A DNA stretch of 64,000 nucleotides, taken from NCBI RefSeq assembly GCF_009914755.1, contig NC_060929.1; one strand, written 5' to 3'. Under the pieces are notes generated by a model. It saw only the letters and a program-made list of their open reading frames with translations. It did not search any database and was not told the DNA's origin. Shown piece after piece: positions 63,728-64,000 of the stretch. The translations under genes were made by a program, and so were the position numbers. This DNA comes from the human T2T-CHM13v2.0 reference genome, Homo sapiens. Each line of letters starts with the position of its first letter. The first letter of the stretch is position 1.

Positions 63728-64000
63728 CTTATAGCACTCAAAGCTGGAATGACGGAGCTCACTGTTGAGGGCCGGGCAGGTCCCCTGACAGTAAGAGAAG
63801 CTGAGAGTCTTGGGTGCAACAATACACTCGCCCCAGGCAGCTCTGTGAAGGTTCACCTTGCGATCCTGCAGATGGCAGAGCTTCTCTGCTGGAAAGATAT
63901 CCTGGCCATGGCCTATCTCCCGGCGATTCTGGCCCGGGATCCCCAGGATCAGCTGCTCCACATTAGAGATTAAGGGTTTCTGGACATAAGGCAGGTGAAA
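63728..64000 (-). CDS. Penultimate coding exon of the same gene (5'-partial), N-terminal half of the cystine-knot domain
   Basis: Frame open to the window edge: FHLPYVQKPLISNVEQLILGIPGQNRREIGHGQDIFPAEKLCHLQDRKVNLHRAAWGECIVAPKTLSFSYCQGTCPALNSELRHSSFECYK. Donor AAG|GTAAGA at 63728/63727, phase 0, 352-nt intron. C-x28-CxGxC with W-x-x-x-IVAP. The exon may start at a candidate acceptor TGTCCAG| (63979) or beyond the window. Confidence 0.85.

Noticed and set aside
63284-63973. Plus-strand ORFs 63284-63562 and 63689-63973
   Set aside because: Antisense shadows of the TGF-beta-like exons with no recognisable motif.

Overview
Primate, almost certainly human, nuclear DNA: an AT-rich, repeat-dense window that is non-coding over about 62 kb. 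It contains Alus (including a human-specific AluYb8-type copy), L1PA/L1PB/L1M LINE fragments, MIR/L2 remnants, MaLR/ERVL LTRs with a gag/pol remnant, and hAT-Charlie DNA transposons. The only convincing protein-coding sequence is at the right edge on the minus strand. Two exons (>=63979..63728 and 63375..63229) with canonical phase-0 splice sites encode the C-terminus of a highly divergent TGF-beta-superfamily cystine-knot domain ending CGCS-stop. It has BMP-like cysteine spacing, lacks the interchain cysteine and carries three extra cysteines. A poly(A) signal follows about 720 nt downstream. I do not recognise the gene by name and its 5' part lies outside the window. A second notable structure is a 5'-inverted L1 (16160-17869) whose 3' UTR carries a 191-bp inverted copy of nearby unique DNA plus a fold-back junction, which looks like a templated-insertion repair scar. 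Repeat subfamily calls are by eye from remembered consensus features and their boundaries are approximate unless a target-site duplication (TSD) is given.
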